Shown here: positions 17,124 through 26,744 of the stretch, one piece after another
Layout of the letters: every line of letters starts with the position of its first letter
Position numbering within the stretch: position 1 is the first letter of the stretch
Source of the DNA: Anaerosomatales bacterium
GTDB lineage: Bacteria; Actinomycetota; Coriobacteriia; Anaerosomatales; SLCP01
NCBI GenBank assembly: GCA_029210645.1
Contig: JARGFT010000006.1
Span: 25,061-89,060, forward strand
Direction: 5' to 3'
Length of the DNA: 64,000 nucleotides
Notes under the pieces: model-generated
Database searches by the model: none
The model's input: the letters and a program-made list of their open reading frames with translations, nothing else
What the model was told of the DNA's origin: nothing
Position numbers and translations under genes: made by a program

Positions 17124-18449
17124 CTACCGGGAAGATCCCGCTTCGGTCGCTTCGGCGTCCACCGCGTACTTCGCGAAGCTCGGCACCACTGTCGAGGGCA
17201 CCTGCATGACCAGCCGCGTTCCCTCCGGTGTGTGTCGCTCGCTCACCAGGTGAGTCCTCTCGTGAGCAAGACGAACGAGTTCCCCGTGGGTGTAGGGCAC
17301 GAGCACCGTCATCGTCACGCTGTCACGGGCGGCTTCCGCGGCGAGCCGCCGGAGGAAGGCCTCGACACCCTCTCCCGTGGCCGCGGAGAGCAGAACACTC
17401 TCGGGATGGCGGGCGATGAGCCGGGACCGCTCTTCAGGAGCGAGTCGATCGATCTTGTTCATGACCAGGACGCGTGGAGCTGAGCTGGCCTCGATCTCCT
17501 TCAGTACGACATCAACCGCCGCCATCTGGGCCTCAGCCTGGACGTGCGAGGCGTCGACGACGTGGAGCAGCAGGTCTGCCTCGCGAACCTCGTCCAGCGT
17601 CGACTTGAATGCCTCGACCAGCCCATGGGGCAGCTTGTTGATGAAGCCGACGGTGTCGGTCAGCGTGATCTCACGACCATCCGCCAGCGCAAGACGGCGG
17701 GTCGTCGAGTCAAGGGTCGCGAAGAGCATGTCGTAGGCGAGCGCATCAGCCCCGGTAAGCGCGTTGAGGAGCGACGACTTCCCGGCGTTCGTGTAACCGA
17801 CAAGCGCAACACGGAATACGCCGCTTCCCGCGCGCGACTTGCGCTGCGTCGCACGTGCGGCCGAGACGCGCCGCAGTTCACGCCTGAGGTCGGCGATTCG
17901 CTTGCGCGCGAGACGGCGGTCGGTCTCGAGCTGCGATTCTCCTGCTCCGAATCGCGCGCCACGCCCTCCGCCGAGTCGCTCGCGCACGAGGTGTCCCCAC
18001 ATGCCGCGCAGGCGAGGAAGCAGATACTCGAGCTGAGCAAGCTCAACCTGAAGTTTACCTTCACGGCTGACCGCGTGCATCGCGAAGATCTCCAGTATGA
18101 GCGCGGTGCGATCGAACACCCGGACATCCGGAAGGATGGTCTCGACGTTGGCTTGCTGCCGGGGCGTGAGGTCGTCGTCGAAGATGACGACCTCAGCGCT
18201 GTGTGCGTGGGCGAGCTGGGCGACCTCCTCGGCCTTGCCGGCACCTATGAACGTGCGCGGATTGGCCTTGTCGAGGCGCTGGGTGGCCATCGCGGCGGTA
18301 TCGATGCCCGCGGTGTACGCCAGTCGCTCGAGCTCGGCGAGTGACTCTTCGACCGGCCACTCCCCCGCTCCGCGGTCTACGCCGACCAGGACAGCCCGGG
18401 GCCTGGAATCATCGCGCTCCCATTCGGGAGGGCGCGTACGTCCGCTCAT
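17124..18449 (-). CDS. hflX: GTPase HflX
   Basis: ORF 17124..18704. ATG 18449 (MSGRTRPP...) lies 11 nt after the dapL stop codon. GTP-binding VALVGYTNAGKSSLLNAL, DTVGF, NKID. Confidence 0.9.
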   Translation of the reverse strand: MSGRTRPPEWERDDSRPRAVLVGVDRGAGEWPVEESLAELERLAYTAGIDTAAMATQRLDKANPRTFIGAGKAEEVAQLAHAHSAEVVIFDDDLTPRQQANVETILPDVRVFDRTALILEIFAMHAVSREGKLQVELAQLEYLLPRLRGMWGHLVRERLGGGRGARFGAGESQLETDRRLARKRIADLRRELRRVSAARATQRKSRAGSGVFRVALVGYTNAGKSSLLNALTGADALAYDMLFATLDSTTRRLALADGREITLTDTVGFINKLPHGLVEAFKSTLDEVREADLLLHVVDASHVQAEAQMAAVDVVLKEIEASSAPRVLVMNKIDRLAPEERSRLIARHPESVLLSAATGEGVEAFLRRLAAEAARDSVTMTVLVPYTHGELVRLAHERTHLVSERHTPEGTRLVMQVPSTVVPSFAKYAVDAEATEAGSSR

Positions 18450-18462
18450 GTGCGTGTCATCC

Positions 18463-19617
18463 TCAGAGGGTCGCCTCGATCCTCGCGATGGCCTCTTCGA
18501 GGCGGTCGTCCGGGGTGGCGAGGCTGATCCGGATGTATCCCTCGCCGCTCGGTCCGTAGGAGTTGCCCGGTGCGACGATGACGTTGGCCTCTTCGAGCAC
18601 CTTGGTGGCGAAGTCAGCCGACGTGTAACCCTCGGGGATTCGCGCCCACACGTAGATGGTGCCCTTGGGCATCTGGGCTCGCAGACCGATCTTGGCGAGC
18701 GCATCGATCACGAGGTCGCGGCGGCGCTGATAGAGCGCGGAAAGCTCGTCGACCTCCTGCGGTCCGAGCAGCGCCTCGATCGCCGCGTCCTGGACCGCGG
18801 TGAAGACGCCCGAGTCGATATTGGACTTCACCGTACCGAGCGCCTTGATGGCGGTGGCATTGCCTGCCGCGAATGCGACACGCCACCCGGTCATGTTGTA
18901 CGCCTTCGAGCAGCTGAATAGTTCGATCGCAACGTCCTTGGCGCCCGGGCGTTCGAGGAAGCTCGGCGGCTTGTAGCCGTCGAAACCGATCTCGGAATAG
19001 GCGTTATCGTGGATGATGAGGAGATCGTGCTCGCGGGCGAACTCGATCGCGCGGTCGAAGTACTCGGGAGTGGCGATGGCCGAGGTCGGGTTGTTCGGGT
19101 AGGACAGAAACATCATCTTGGCCCTGGCGAGCACGTCGGCCGGGGTCGATTCGAAGTCTGCGAGGAACCCGTTCTCCTCGGTCATGGGCATCCAGTGCGT
19201 CAGGCCGCCCGAAAGGATGCCGCCGGTGTGGTAGACGGGGTAGCCGCAGCCGGGTACGAGCGTGTAGTCCCCCGGGTCGACGAAGGCGAGGAATATGTGT
19301 GCGATGCCTTCCTTCGAACCGATGAGCGCGAGGGTCTCGTCGTTCGCGTCGACCTTCACGCCGAAGCGGCGGTCCATCCACTGTGCGCATGCCTCGCGGT
19401 AGCGCTTTGCACCGTAGTAGCTGGGATACTGGTGGTTGGAAGGGTTGCGGATGGCCTCGGCCATCGCGTCGACGATGCGGTCGGGAGTTGGCGTATCGGG
19501 ATCGCCGATGCCAAGCGAGATGACGTCGATGCCCTGCGCCTGCTTCGCCTCCTTCTTCCGGTCGATCTCGGCGAACAGATACGGAGGGAGCTCGGCGATG
19601 CGCTGGGCGGTTCTCAC
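18463..19617 (-). CDS. dapL: class I/II aminotransferase, probable LL-diaminopimelate aminotransferase (DapL)
   Basis: AELPPYLFAEIDRKKEAKQAQGIDVISLGIGDPDTPTP and the SCSKAYNMTGWR PLP-lysine region. Adjacent to dapF. The family call is confident, but substrate specificity is inferred. Confidence 0.6.
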   Translation of the reverse strand: MRTAQRIAELPPYLFAEIDRKKEAKQAQGIDVISLGIGDPDTPTPDRIVDAMAEAIRNPSNHQYPSYYGAKRYREACAQWMDRRFGVKVDANDETLALIGSKEGIAHIFLAFVDPGDYTLVPGCGYPVYHTGGILSGGLTHWMPMTEENGFLADFESTPADVLARAKMMFLSYPNNPTSAIATPEYFDRAIEFAREHDLLIIHDNAYSEIGFDGYKPPSFLERPGAKDVAIELFSCSKAYNMTGWRVAFAAGNATAIKALGTVKSNIDSGVFTAVQDAAIEALLGPQEVDELSALYQRRRDLVIDALAKIGLRAQMPKGTIYVWARIPEGYTSADFATKVLEEANVIVAPGNSYGPSGEGYIRISLATPDDRLEEAIARIEATL

Positions 19618-19692
19618 GGTACGTCCATCCCCTTCACTTGGTGGCTAAGCCCGGTCGGTGCAGTGTTCGAGACATGGTAGCAGAGTGCACGA

Positions 19693-20568
19693 TCACCCGG
19701 CTGGCGGGGCTTCGTCCGGGACCTTCACGCTGCCGCGAAAGACCTCTACCGCCGGACCCGTCATGTAGACGCGCCCGTCCTGGCCCCAGCGCACAGAGAG
19801 CTCGCCACCGGGCAGCTCGATGGTCGCTTCACGGTCGGTGTGGCCTGCCAGCACGCCGGCCACGAGTGTGGCACACGCGCCGGTCCCGCAGGCGAGCGTC
19901 TCGCCCACCCCGCGCTCCCAGACTCTCAAACGGATGTGTTTCCGTCCCGCGGGCTGCGCGAACTCCACGTTGGTCTTCGCCGGGAAGAGCGGGTCGGTCT
20001 CTATCAGCGGCCCGGCGGATCGGACCGGCGCAGAGTCGACGTCGTCGACCCAGATGATGGCGTGCGGATTGCCCATCGAGACAGCGGTGATGGTGAATTC
20101 GCCGGCGTCAGTGGTGATGGGGTGGTCGATCGCGCGCTCGCCCGGCAGGGCAACAGGAATCCGCGCGGGCTCGAAGACCGGCTCGCCCATGACGACGGTG
20201 GCGGTTGCGAGGAGTCCCGCGGCGTCGCGCGAGAAGGTGATCGGCTTGATGCCGCCGAGGGTCTGAACCCGAACGGAGTTCGCGCCTGCGTCGACCAGTC
20301 CGCGATCGACGACGAACTTGGCCAAACACCGGATGCCGTTGCCGCACATCTCCGCGGGCGTGCCATCGGCGTTGTAGTAGAGCATGAAGAAGTCCGCGTC
20401 GGGCAGGGACGACGGGCGAACGAGGATCACTCCGTCCGCACCGATCCCGAAGTTGCGGTGACAGAACCATGCGACGGCTTCGGGCGCCAGATCGAGTGCC
20501 TCATCGAGGTCCTCGACCATGATGAAATCGTTCCCGAGGCCGTGCATTTTCGTGAACTCAAGGAGCAT
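19693..20568 (-). CDS. dapF: diaminopimelate epimerase
   Basis: MLLEFTKMHGLGNDFIMVEDL..., catalytic Cys contexts MCGNGIRC and LACGTGACA. Confidence 0.93.
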   Translation of the reverse strand: MLLEFTKMHGLGNDFIMVEDLDEALDLAPEAVAWFCHRNFGIGADGVILVRPSSLPDADFFMLYYNADGTPAEMCGNGIRCLAKFVVDRGLVDAGANSVRVQTLGGIKPITFSRDAAGLLATATVVMGEPVFEPARIPVALPGERAIDHPITTDAGEFTITAVSMGNPHAIIWVDDVDSAPVRSAGPLIETDPLFPAKTNVEFAQPAGRKHIRLRVWERGVGETLACGTGACATLVAGVLAGHTDREATIELPGGELSVRWGQDGRVYMTGPAVEVFRGSVKVPDEAPPAG

Positions 20569-20587
20569 CCGTTTCCCTCTCTGCGTG

Positions 20588-21589
20588 TCAGTCTGCAGTC
20601 AGACGCCAGGTGCCCGGAGCCGGCGTGCCCGTGCCCGGTTCATCGGATTCTAGCAGTCCGAACGCTGCCCGGGCGCACTCGTCTGTCGAGCGGTCGGTCG
20701 CATCGATCCAACGGATGCGAGGGTCGCTGCGGAACCACGTGAGCTGCCGTTTGGCATACCTGCGCGTAGCCTGCTTGATCTGCCCGATCGCCTCGGCAAG
20801 GTCGGCACCGGCCTCGACAACGGGAACGAGCTCCTTGTAACCGATCGCCTGTGCGGCGGTGAGCGCGTCACGGAACCCGGCTGCCAGAAGCGAGCGGACC
20901 TCGTCCGGCAGTCCCGCCTCGACCATCTGCTCGACGCGGGTTTCGATGTGCCGGTAGAGCCGTTCGCGTTCCATGGTCAGGCCGAGGAAGACTGCGTCGT
21001 AAACGCTGTCCCGTACGGAGAAGCGCGCAGCCTGTGCAGCGTAGGAGTCCCCCAGCGCCGCCATCTCCAGCGCACGGATGGTGCGACGCACGTTCGACGG
21101 GTGGATGAGCCTTGCCGAGTCGAGGTCGACCAGGGCAAGCCGTTCGTGCATCCCGGCCGGACCAACCTCGGCGGCCTCGCGTTCGAGCGCCTGCCTTTCC
21201 GGGGTCGACGCCTCTCCATGCGGAAACTCCCAGTCGTCGAGCGCAGCACGGACGTACAGGCCGGTACCTCCGCAGACGAACGGCAGTGCGCCGGCGCGTG
21301 CGATGCGTGCGATCGCTTCCCGGGCCTCGTGCTGGTAGAGCGCGGCGCTGAAAGGGGTTCCCGGGTCGACGATGTCGAGGCAGTGGTACGGCACACGTCT
21401 GGCCTCCGCGGGAGGCTTCGCTGTGCCGATGTCCATGCCCCGGTAGACCTGCATCGAGTCAGCCGAGACGATCTCTCCGCCGAGCGAGACAGCGAGATGT
21501 TCGGCCAGGGCTGTCTTGCCTACAGCCGTCGGCCCAACGATGGCGATCACCCGCAGGTGACGTGTGGAGTCAGGAGTAGCGGTCGACAC
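20588..21589 (-). CDS. miaA: tRNA dimethylallyltransferase
   Basis: P-loop VIAIVGPTAVGKTALA, DSMQVYRGMDIGTAKP. ORF track start is 21703. In-frame GTG 21589 is the more likely start and overlaps the end of the upstream gene by 20 nt. Confidence 0.88.
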   Translation of the reverse strand: MSTATPDSTRHLRVIAIVGPTAVGKTALAEHLAVSLGGEIVSADSMQVYRGMDIGTAKPPAEARRVPYHCLDIVDPGTPFSAALYQHEAREAIARIARAGALPFVCGGTGLYVRAALDDWEFPHGEASTPERQALEREAAEVGPAGMHERLALVDLDSARLIHPSNVRRTIRALEMAALGDSYAAQAARFSVRDSVYDAVFLGLTMERERLYRHIETRVEQMVEAGLPDEVRSLLAAGFRDALTAAQAIGYKELVPVVEAGADLAEAIGQIKQATRRYAKRQLTWFRSDPRIRWIDATDRSTDECARAAFGLLESDEPGTGTPAPGTWRLTAD

Positions 21590-22940
21590 GGAATCGTTCC
21601 AGCGAGCAGGATTCGTCGGGTGTGATGCCGGCTTTCCGACGTGCGATGTCGACCTGTTGAGCGGGCGTATCGACGCCCTCGAGGTCGGGCAGGAGCAGCC
21701 CACGACGCCACCCGCAGGAAACGATCACGCCGTAGTCTTCAGGGTCGAGGTCGGCGAACGAGCACTCCTCCGGGGCGTGTAGGACGTCGACCTTGATATC
21801 GAGCCGCGGCACCTCCTCGGGTGAGACTCGAGGAAAGCGCGGATCCGTGGTCGCAGCCTGCACCGCGTTGCGCACCACTTCCTCGGCGAGAGTGGGCCGT
21901 GTGGGCTCGATGGTTCCGATACAACCCCTCAACATACCGTGGAGGTGGAGGCTGACGAATGCTCCTGCGCGAGCCGGGAGGGCAGGGTCGGCGAGGACGG
22001 TCGGGAGGGACTCGGTGCCATGCACGATGTGCTCGACGATCGCGTCTCGAGCCAGACGGACGATCTCGTGCCCGTCGCGGCCTGCTGCTCCCCCCTTCCG
22101 CCCGCTTCCCCCGGTGATCTCGGCGGTGTCGGTGCTCCTGAGCTGCGCACTCTCCCCCACCAGTGCGGTGAGGTAGCCGACACCCCACGGTCCTTCGTAC
22201 GCGAGGAGACGAGTCGGTGCACCGGGCATCGCTCCCGAGAGAGCGATAAGCGAACGCAGGCCGCACTCCCCCGCCGCATCGGCGAGCTGCCGGTCGACGT
22301 CCACGAGTTCGTCCAGATCACCGCATCGCACCTGGTCGACCACGTATGCGTCGAACTCGGCGCCGCGCGCGGAGTAGCCGGCGGGTGCGTCCCGGGTCAG
22401 GCGGTGGCTCAGGTCGCCGCTGGCGAGGAACGCGATCTTGCGGCCGAGCGCGCGCGCCACATCGGCTACGACGCCGCCGAGTCGCCGGTGGCTGTCGAGG
22501 GAGAGCCCCGAAAGCGAGAGACTGACCAGCGGAAGCGAGCCGTCCGGGTCGAGGAAGCTCAGGGGCACCAGCACGCCGTGATCGAGGACACCGACGCGCA
22601 GCCCCGGATGGGCCGTGCGGGAGATGGCGGGAAGCCCCGCGACTTCCAGGTTCTCGAGAAGGGTCTCGGCGAACTCGACATCGGTGACTGACGATATCGC
22701 CGAGCGGGGTGCTCCGAAATCGGCGAGTGACCCCTGCGTGCGCGGAGAGGTATCCACCGTGAAGGCGTCAGCCAGAGCGGGGGTGTGTGGCGAGATGACC
22801 ACGAGCGTGTCGGGCGCGAACCGTGCAAGAACGTCCGCGGCGGTCCGCATGGCCCCGATCGAGTCGGCGGTCACCTCGCTGCGCGAGCCGCCCACGTCAC
22901 GGACCATGATCGGGGGGTGTGGCGCGATGATCCCGAGCAT
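21570..22940 (-). CDS. fusion protein: N-terminal class III extradiol dioxygenase-like (LigB/Memo-fold) domain plus C-terminal AMMECR1 domain
   Basis: N-terminal half MLGIIAPHPPIMV...VVISPHTP...GDLSHRL is LigB-like. C-terminal half has the AMMECR1 hallmark GMLRGCIGTIEP. ATG 22940 is chosen because ORF start 23012 would overlap miaB. Confidence 0.75.
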   Translation of the reverse strand: MLGIIAPHPPIMVRDVGGSRSEVTADSIGAMRTAADVLARFAPDTLVVISPHTPALADAFTVDTSPRTQGSLADFGAPRSAISSVTDVEFAETLLENLEVAGLPAISRTAHPGLRVGVLDHGVLVPLSFLDPDGSLPLVSLSLSGLSLDSHRRLGGVVADVARALGRKIAFLASGDLSHRLTRDAPAGYSARGAEFDAYVVDQVRCGDLDELVDVDRQLADAAGECGLRSLIALSGAMPGAPTRLLAYEGPWGVGYLTALVGESAQLRSTDTAEITGGSGRKGGAAGRDGHEIVRLARDAIVEHIVHGTESLPTVLADPALPARAGAFVSLHLHGMLRGCIGTIEPTRPTLAEEVVRNAVQAATTDPRFPRVSPEEVPRLDIKVDVLHAPEECSFADLDPEDYGVIVSCGWRRGLLLPDLEGVDTPAQQVDIARRKAGITPDESCSLERFRVDRYS

Positions 22941-22971
22941 CGGCGTGTCCACGTCAGGCCTCCTCGGCAGT

Positions 22972-24339
22972 TCAGTGAGCGTCCGCGTTATGGGAGCCGG
23001 CCGCTGCTTCACCCAGAATGTACCCGCTCAAGAACCACGTCTGCGCCTCGGTGATCATCACCGGTGCGAACCGGCCCCGGAACTCCTCGGCATGCTGGCC
23101 CGGTTCGAGCGGGACGTGGACCACCTTATGTCCCTCGCTGCGACCGGCAAGCACGTTCGCGTCACGTTTCGACACGCCCGTGAAGAGCACCTGTTGGACG
23201 CTGTCGACGAGCGCACGGTTCTTGGCCAGTGCCGAGTGCTGCACCACGTCGACCAGGCGGTCGAAGCGTTCCTGGGAGATCTCGCGGGGCACCGGGTCAC
23301 CGAGTGAGGCGGCGGGCGTCCCTTCCCTCGGCGAGTAGATGAAGGTGAACGCCTGGTCGTAGCGCGCGTGCTCGAGCACTTCCAGTGTGTCGAGGAAGTC
23401 GGCCTCGGTCTCACCGGGAAAGCCGACGATGATGTCGGTGGAAAGCGCGAGGTCGGGCATGGCGCCGTAGAGCCTGTCGACGAGTTCCAGATAGGACCGC
23501 TTGGTGTAGTGTCGGTTCATCGCCGTCAGGATGCGGTCGGAACCCGACTGCACCGGCAGGTGCAGCGAGTGGGCGACCTGCGGGATGATGGCCATCGCCT
23601 CGATGGTTTCGCCGGAGAGGTCCTTCGGGTGGCTGGTGGCGAAGCGGATCCTCTCGACACCCGTCTGTGCGACTGCCGTCAGCGCTTCGGCGAAGCGGGG
23701 CGTCCCGTGAAGGTCCCGGCCGTACGAGTTGACGTTCTGGCCGAGCAGGGTCACCTCGCACACACCCTCGGCTGCAAGGCGCTCGCACTCGGTGACGATC
23801 TGCCCGAGCGGACGTGAGCGTTCGCGGCCACGGACGTACGGCACGATGCAGTACGTGCAGAAGTTGTCGCAGCCGACCGTTATGGGCACCCACGCATGCC
23901 ATTCGTGCTCCCGCTCGGAGGGCAGGTCGCTCGTGAACTCCTCGGAAGCCTCGAGCACCTCGACGACCGAGCCGCGGCCCCTGCGCGACGCCTCGATCAG
24001 TGAGGGCAGGTGCGACACGTTGTGGGTGCCGAAGACGACGTCGACGTGGGGCAGCTGGCCAAGGAGGCGCTCTCCGTCGCGCTGCCCGATGCACCCACCC
24101 ACCGCGATCGTCTGGCGTCCCTTCCGGGCTGCCTTCACGCTCTTGAGCGACGCCACCTGACCGCGAAGCCGCTCGTCGGCTCTGTCCCGGACGCAGCACG
24201 TCATGAAGACGACCACGTCGGCATCTGCTGCTTCATCAACGGGGGTCATCCCGGCGGTTCGAAGCAGCCCGGCGACGCGCTCGGAGTCGTGCTTGTTCAT
24301 CTGGCACCCGAAGGTGCGGATCAGGTAGGTCTCTCCCAT
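22972..24339 (-). CDS. miaB: tRNA-2-methylthio-N6-dimethylallyladenosine synthase (radical SAM methylthiotransferase)
   Basis: ATG 24339 gives MGETYLIRTFGCQMNKHDSE. Radical SAM motif CDNFCTYC. C-terminal TRAM-like region. Confidence 0.92.
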   Translation of the reverse strand: MGETYLIRTFGCQMNKHDSERVAGLLRTAGMTPVDEAADADVVVFMTCCVRDRADERLRGQVASLKSVKAARKGRQTIAVGGCIGQRDGERLLGQLPHVDVVFGTHNVSHLPSLIEASRRGRGSVVEVLEASEEFTSDLPSEREHEWHAWVPITVGCDNFCTYCIVPYVRGRERSRPLGQIVTECERLAAEGVCEVTLLGQNVNSYGRDLHGTPRFAEALTAVAQTGVERIRFATSHPKDLSGETIEAMAIIPQVAHSLHLPVQSGSDRILTAMNRHYTKRSYLELVDRLYGAMPDLALSTDIIVGFPGETEADFLDTLEVLEHARYDQAFTFIYSPREGTPAASLGDPVPREISQERFDRLVDVVQHSALAKNRALVDSVQQVLFTGVSKRDANVLAGRSEGHKVVHVPLEPGQHAEEFRGRFAPVMITEAQTWFLSGYILGEAAAGSHNADAH

Positions 24340-24396
24340 AGCCGGACGAGTGTAGCACGCGGCTGAGCGCGTCCTCGCGGCGCTCACGCGAAGGTC

Positions 24397-25248
24397 TCAG
24401 CAGCGCGAGGGAGGAAGGTCCGGCAGCGATCTACCCGCCGCAGCGAAGAGAGCCGGAAGCACGGAATCGGGCATCTCCACCGAACCGAGCGCCGGGTTGG
24501 GAGCGAAGGGGCCGTGGTAGTCGGTGCCGCCGGTGAGCAGCAGGCCGTGCCCGGCGGCGAGACGCGCATAGTGCTGCCGTTGACCGGGACCGTGCTCAGC
24601 GTGATAGGCCTCGAGGCCGGCAAGGCCGCTGGCGACCAGTTCGGGGATGAGGTCGTCCGCGCCGGTGACTCCCGGATGCGCCAGCACGGGAACGCCACCG
24701 GCGTCGAGGATGACCTGTAGGACCTCCGCAGGCGTTCTGACGTCCTTGGGCACGTAGAAGGGCTTTCCGCGTCCGAGAAGGCGCTTGAAGGCGTCAGAGA
24801 CGTCCTGCGCGTGCCCCCTGTGGACGAGTGCGCGTGCGACGTGCGAGCGGCCCACAGCGGCGCCCTCCGAGAGATCCATCACCTCGTCGAGCGGCAGGTG
24901 GTATCCGGCTGCGTCAAGCGCGGCGACGATAGCGCGAGCACGGTTCAGGCGCGCCACACGCAGATCGGAAAGGTGGGTGCGCAGTTCGACATCGGCGGGA
25001 TTGGCGAAGTAGCCGAGGATGTGCACATCGAGTCCTCCGTGGACTGCCGAGAGCTCCACCCCGGGAATGACCGTGATGCACTCGTGGCACGCCGCGGCAG
25101 CGTCGAGTGCCTCCTGTACTCCCTCTATTGAGTCGTGGTCGGTGATCGCGACGGCCACGAGCCCCGCCTCGGCGGCCTGGCGCACGATTTCGGTGGGCGT
25201 GAGGGTGCCGTCTGAGGCGGTGGTATGCACGTGCAGGTCGAAACGCAC
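24397..25248 (-). CDS. PHP-domain metal-dependent phosphoesterase (TrpH/YciV-like)
   Basis: MRFDLHVHTTASDGTLTPTEIV...ITDHDSIEG, the PHP motif pattern. Confidence 0.85.
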   Translation of the reverse strand: MRFDLHVHTTASDGTLTPTEIVRQAAEAGLVAVAITDHDSIEGVQEALDAAAACHECITVIPGVELSAVHGGLDVHILGYFANPADVELRTHLSDLRVARLNRARAIVAALDAAGYHLPLDEVMDLSEGAAVGRSHVARALVHRGHAQDVSDAFKRLLGRGKPFYVPKDVRTPAEVLQVILDAGGVPVLAHPGVTGADDLIPELVASGLAGLEAYHAEHGPGQRQHYARLAAGHGLLLTGGTDYHGPFAPNPALGSVEMPDSVLPALFAAAGRSLPDLPPSRC

Positions 25249-25266
25249 AATCCACCCCCGGGCGGG

Positions 25267-25539
25267 CTAGCGGTGCATGTCCCTCGGTTCGACGAGGAGC
25301 CGGATGGCCGTGCGTTCCTCGCCATCGATGAGGATGTCGGCGAACGCAGGCACGCAGGTGAGTTCCATGCCCGAGGGAGCGATGAAGCCTCTCGCGATCG
25401 CGATAGCTTTGATGGCCTGATTGAGCGCTCCGGCCCCGACGGTCTGAACCTCTACCGGACCCTGCTCTCGGATGATCCCGGCAAGCGCTCCTGCGACGGA
25501 GTTCGGATTTGACTTGCTGGAGACCTTAAGCACTTCCAC
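25267..25539 (-). CDS. spoVS: stage V sporulation protein S homolog
   Basis: GTG 25539 is preceded by GAGGAG at 7 nt and gives VEVLKVSSKSNPNSVAGALAG...GAGALNQAIKAIAIARGF, near-canonical SpoVS. The ORF track adds 15 extra N-terminal codons. Confidence 0.9.
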   Translation of the reverse strand: MEVLKVSSKSNPNSVAGALAGIIREQGPVEVQTVGAGALNQAIKAIAIARGFIAPSGMELTCVPAFADILIDGEERTAIRLLVEPRDMHR

Positions 25540-25638
25540 TGGTGCTCCTCTGCTGGCATACCTGCTGCGACGTGTGCTGCTCAATAGAGTATCGGACTGC
25601 GGGCATGAGTACTGGAGTGCGCATGTGAACTGCCGGCC

Positions 25639-25644
25639 ATTATA
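25639..25644 (-). promoter_or_regulatory. putative spoVS promoter -10 (perfect TATAAT)
   Basis: Minus strand TATAAT, about 95 nt upstream of the spoVS GTG. No good -35. Confidence 0.4.
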
Positions 25645-25667
25645 GCGCAGAACCGCTGGCAGAAACC

Positions 25668-26744
25668 CTACTCCTCCTTGTCGACGTCGAACCGGACGCG
25701 GATGCCGTCCCTCGTGACGCTGATCTTGGGCTCACCCTTGAGGTGAAGGTAGTACCGCTCGGCGAGATCGTCGAAGGCCCGGGCCATGTCCTGCTTGAAC
25801 CGCGCGAGGTCGGTGTGATGGATCTTCAGGCTCCTGCGGTCCCGGTAGATGTCCGGCGCGGGCGCGGGCACAGCCTCCTCCTCCACCTGAGCCTGTGAGA
25901 GGACGGTGTCCAGTGAACTGAGCTCGTTGCCGAGGATCCGATGAGCGGTGCGCTCGGAGAGCGGGAGTCCGAGGGTGGTCGCGATCTCGACGAACTCGGA
26001 GGCGTCGCACGCGGAGGCGGGACGCTGCCACACGGGGAAGCGACCGGGCTCGTCGCAGAAGAGTAGGTCGGACGTATCGAGGGTTTCGCGCGCAACGGTG
26101 CACAGCGTCGCGGCCACCTCAGCGGGTGAGCCGAGGTACACGTCGAGCTCGGGGTGCTCGCATGCAAACTCGAGTACGCGTCTGATGATGTTGTGAGGTC
26201 CGCGGGTGACCCGCAGCACGCCGTTCTCGTCGCTCTCCACGACCGGCCAGGTCGACTGGTCGGCACGCTCGGGCAGCAGCTCGCCCTCTGCGAAGAGCGT
26301 GATCGACGTTCCGCGGTGCGTGTCTGAGGCGGCAACGCGGCAGGTGGAGGTATTGGCCCGGACCGAGTAGAGCGCCATGCCCCGCCCGTGAACGCCCCAG
26401 CGGTCCATCACCATCGTGTCGAGCTTGGAGGTCACGCGTGGCTCGAAGACCGTCTCGTGGTGGGTGGCGGGAATCCCGATGCCGTCGTCGATCATGGTCA
26501 GGAGACGGCGTTCGCCCTCACGGGTCGTCGCGATGAAGATACGCTGAGCGTGGGCGTCACGCGCGTTGCGCAAGAGCTCGACGACGATGTCTTCGACCGA
26601 GCGGATGTCGTGCTTGGCCTGTCGCCTCTCGGCCTCGGACGTGCGCAAGCGGACGTATCCCTCGCCGAGACTCTCCTCGACCTTCAGGTACGTCTCGCCT
26701 GAGACCGCTCCTACGAAGTCCAACAGGTTGTCGTTGTCGCTCAT
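25668..26744 (-). CDS. orphan GHKL (Bergerat-fold, HATPase_c-like) ATPase with HTH-like C-terminal segment; function unknown
   Basis: N box VELLRNARDAHA, G1 box IDDGIGI, G2 box GVHGRGMALYS. No DHp/HisKA or sensor domain. C-terminal EFVEIATTLGLPLSERTAHRIL resembles a helix-turn-helix. The start is ATG 26744 or GTG 26750. Confidence 0.7.
   Translation of the reverse strand: MSDNDNLLDFVGAVSGETYLKVEESLGEGYVRLRTSEAERRQAKHDIRSVEDIVVELLRNARDAHAQRIFIATTREGERRLLTMIDDGIGIPATHHETVFEPRVTSKLDTMVMDRWGVHGRGMALYSVRANTSTCRVAASDTHRGTSITLFAEGELLPERADQSTWPVVESDENGVLRVTRGPHNIIRRVLEFACEHPELDVYLGSPAEVAATLCTVARETLDTSDLLFCDEPGRFPVWQRPASACDASEFVEIATTLGLPLSERTAHRILGNELSSLDTVLSQAQVEEEAVPAPAPDIYRDRRSLKIHHTDLARFKQDMARAFDDLAERYYLHLKGEPKISVTRDGIRVRFDVDKEE

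Noticed and set aside
17124-18704. Long N-terminal extensions in track ORFs: hflX to 18704, proS to 57196, M16 peptidase to 45222, recX to 29579, recA to 30552, rpsO to 47397, frr to 63027, dapA to 41351, rnj to 40322.
   Set aside because: The extensions overlap the upstream gene or spacer and are Arg/Ser/Pro-rich with no homology. Internal ATG/GTG codons give canonical N-termini, often with an SD or a 4-nt overlap. The shorter starts were adopted.
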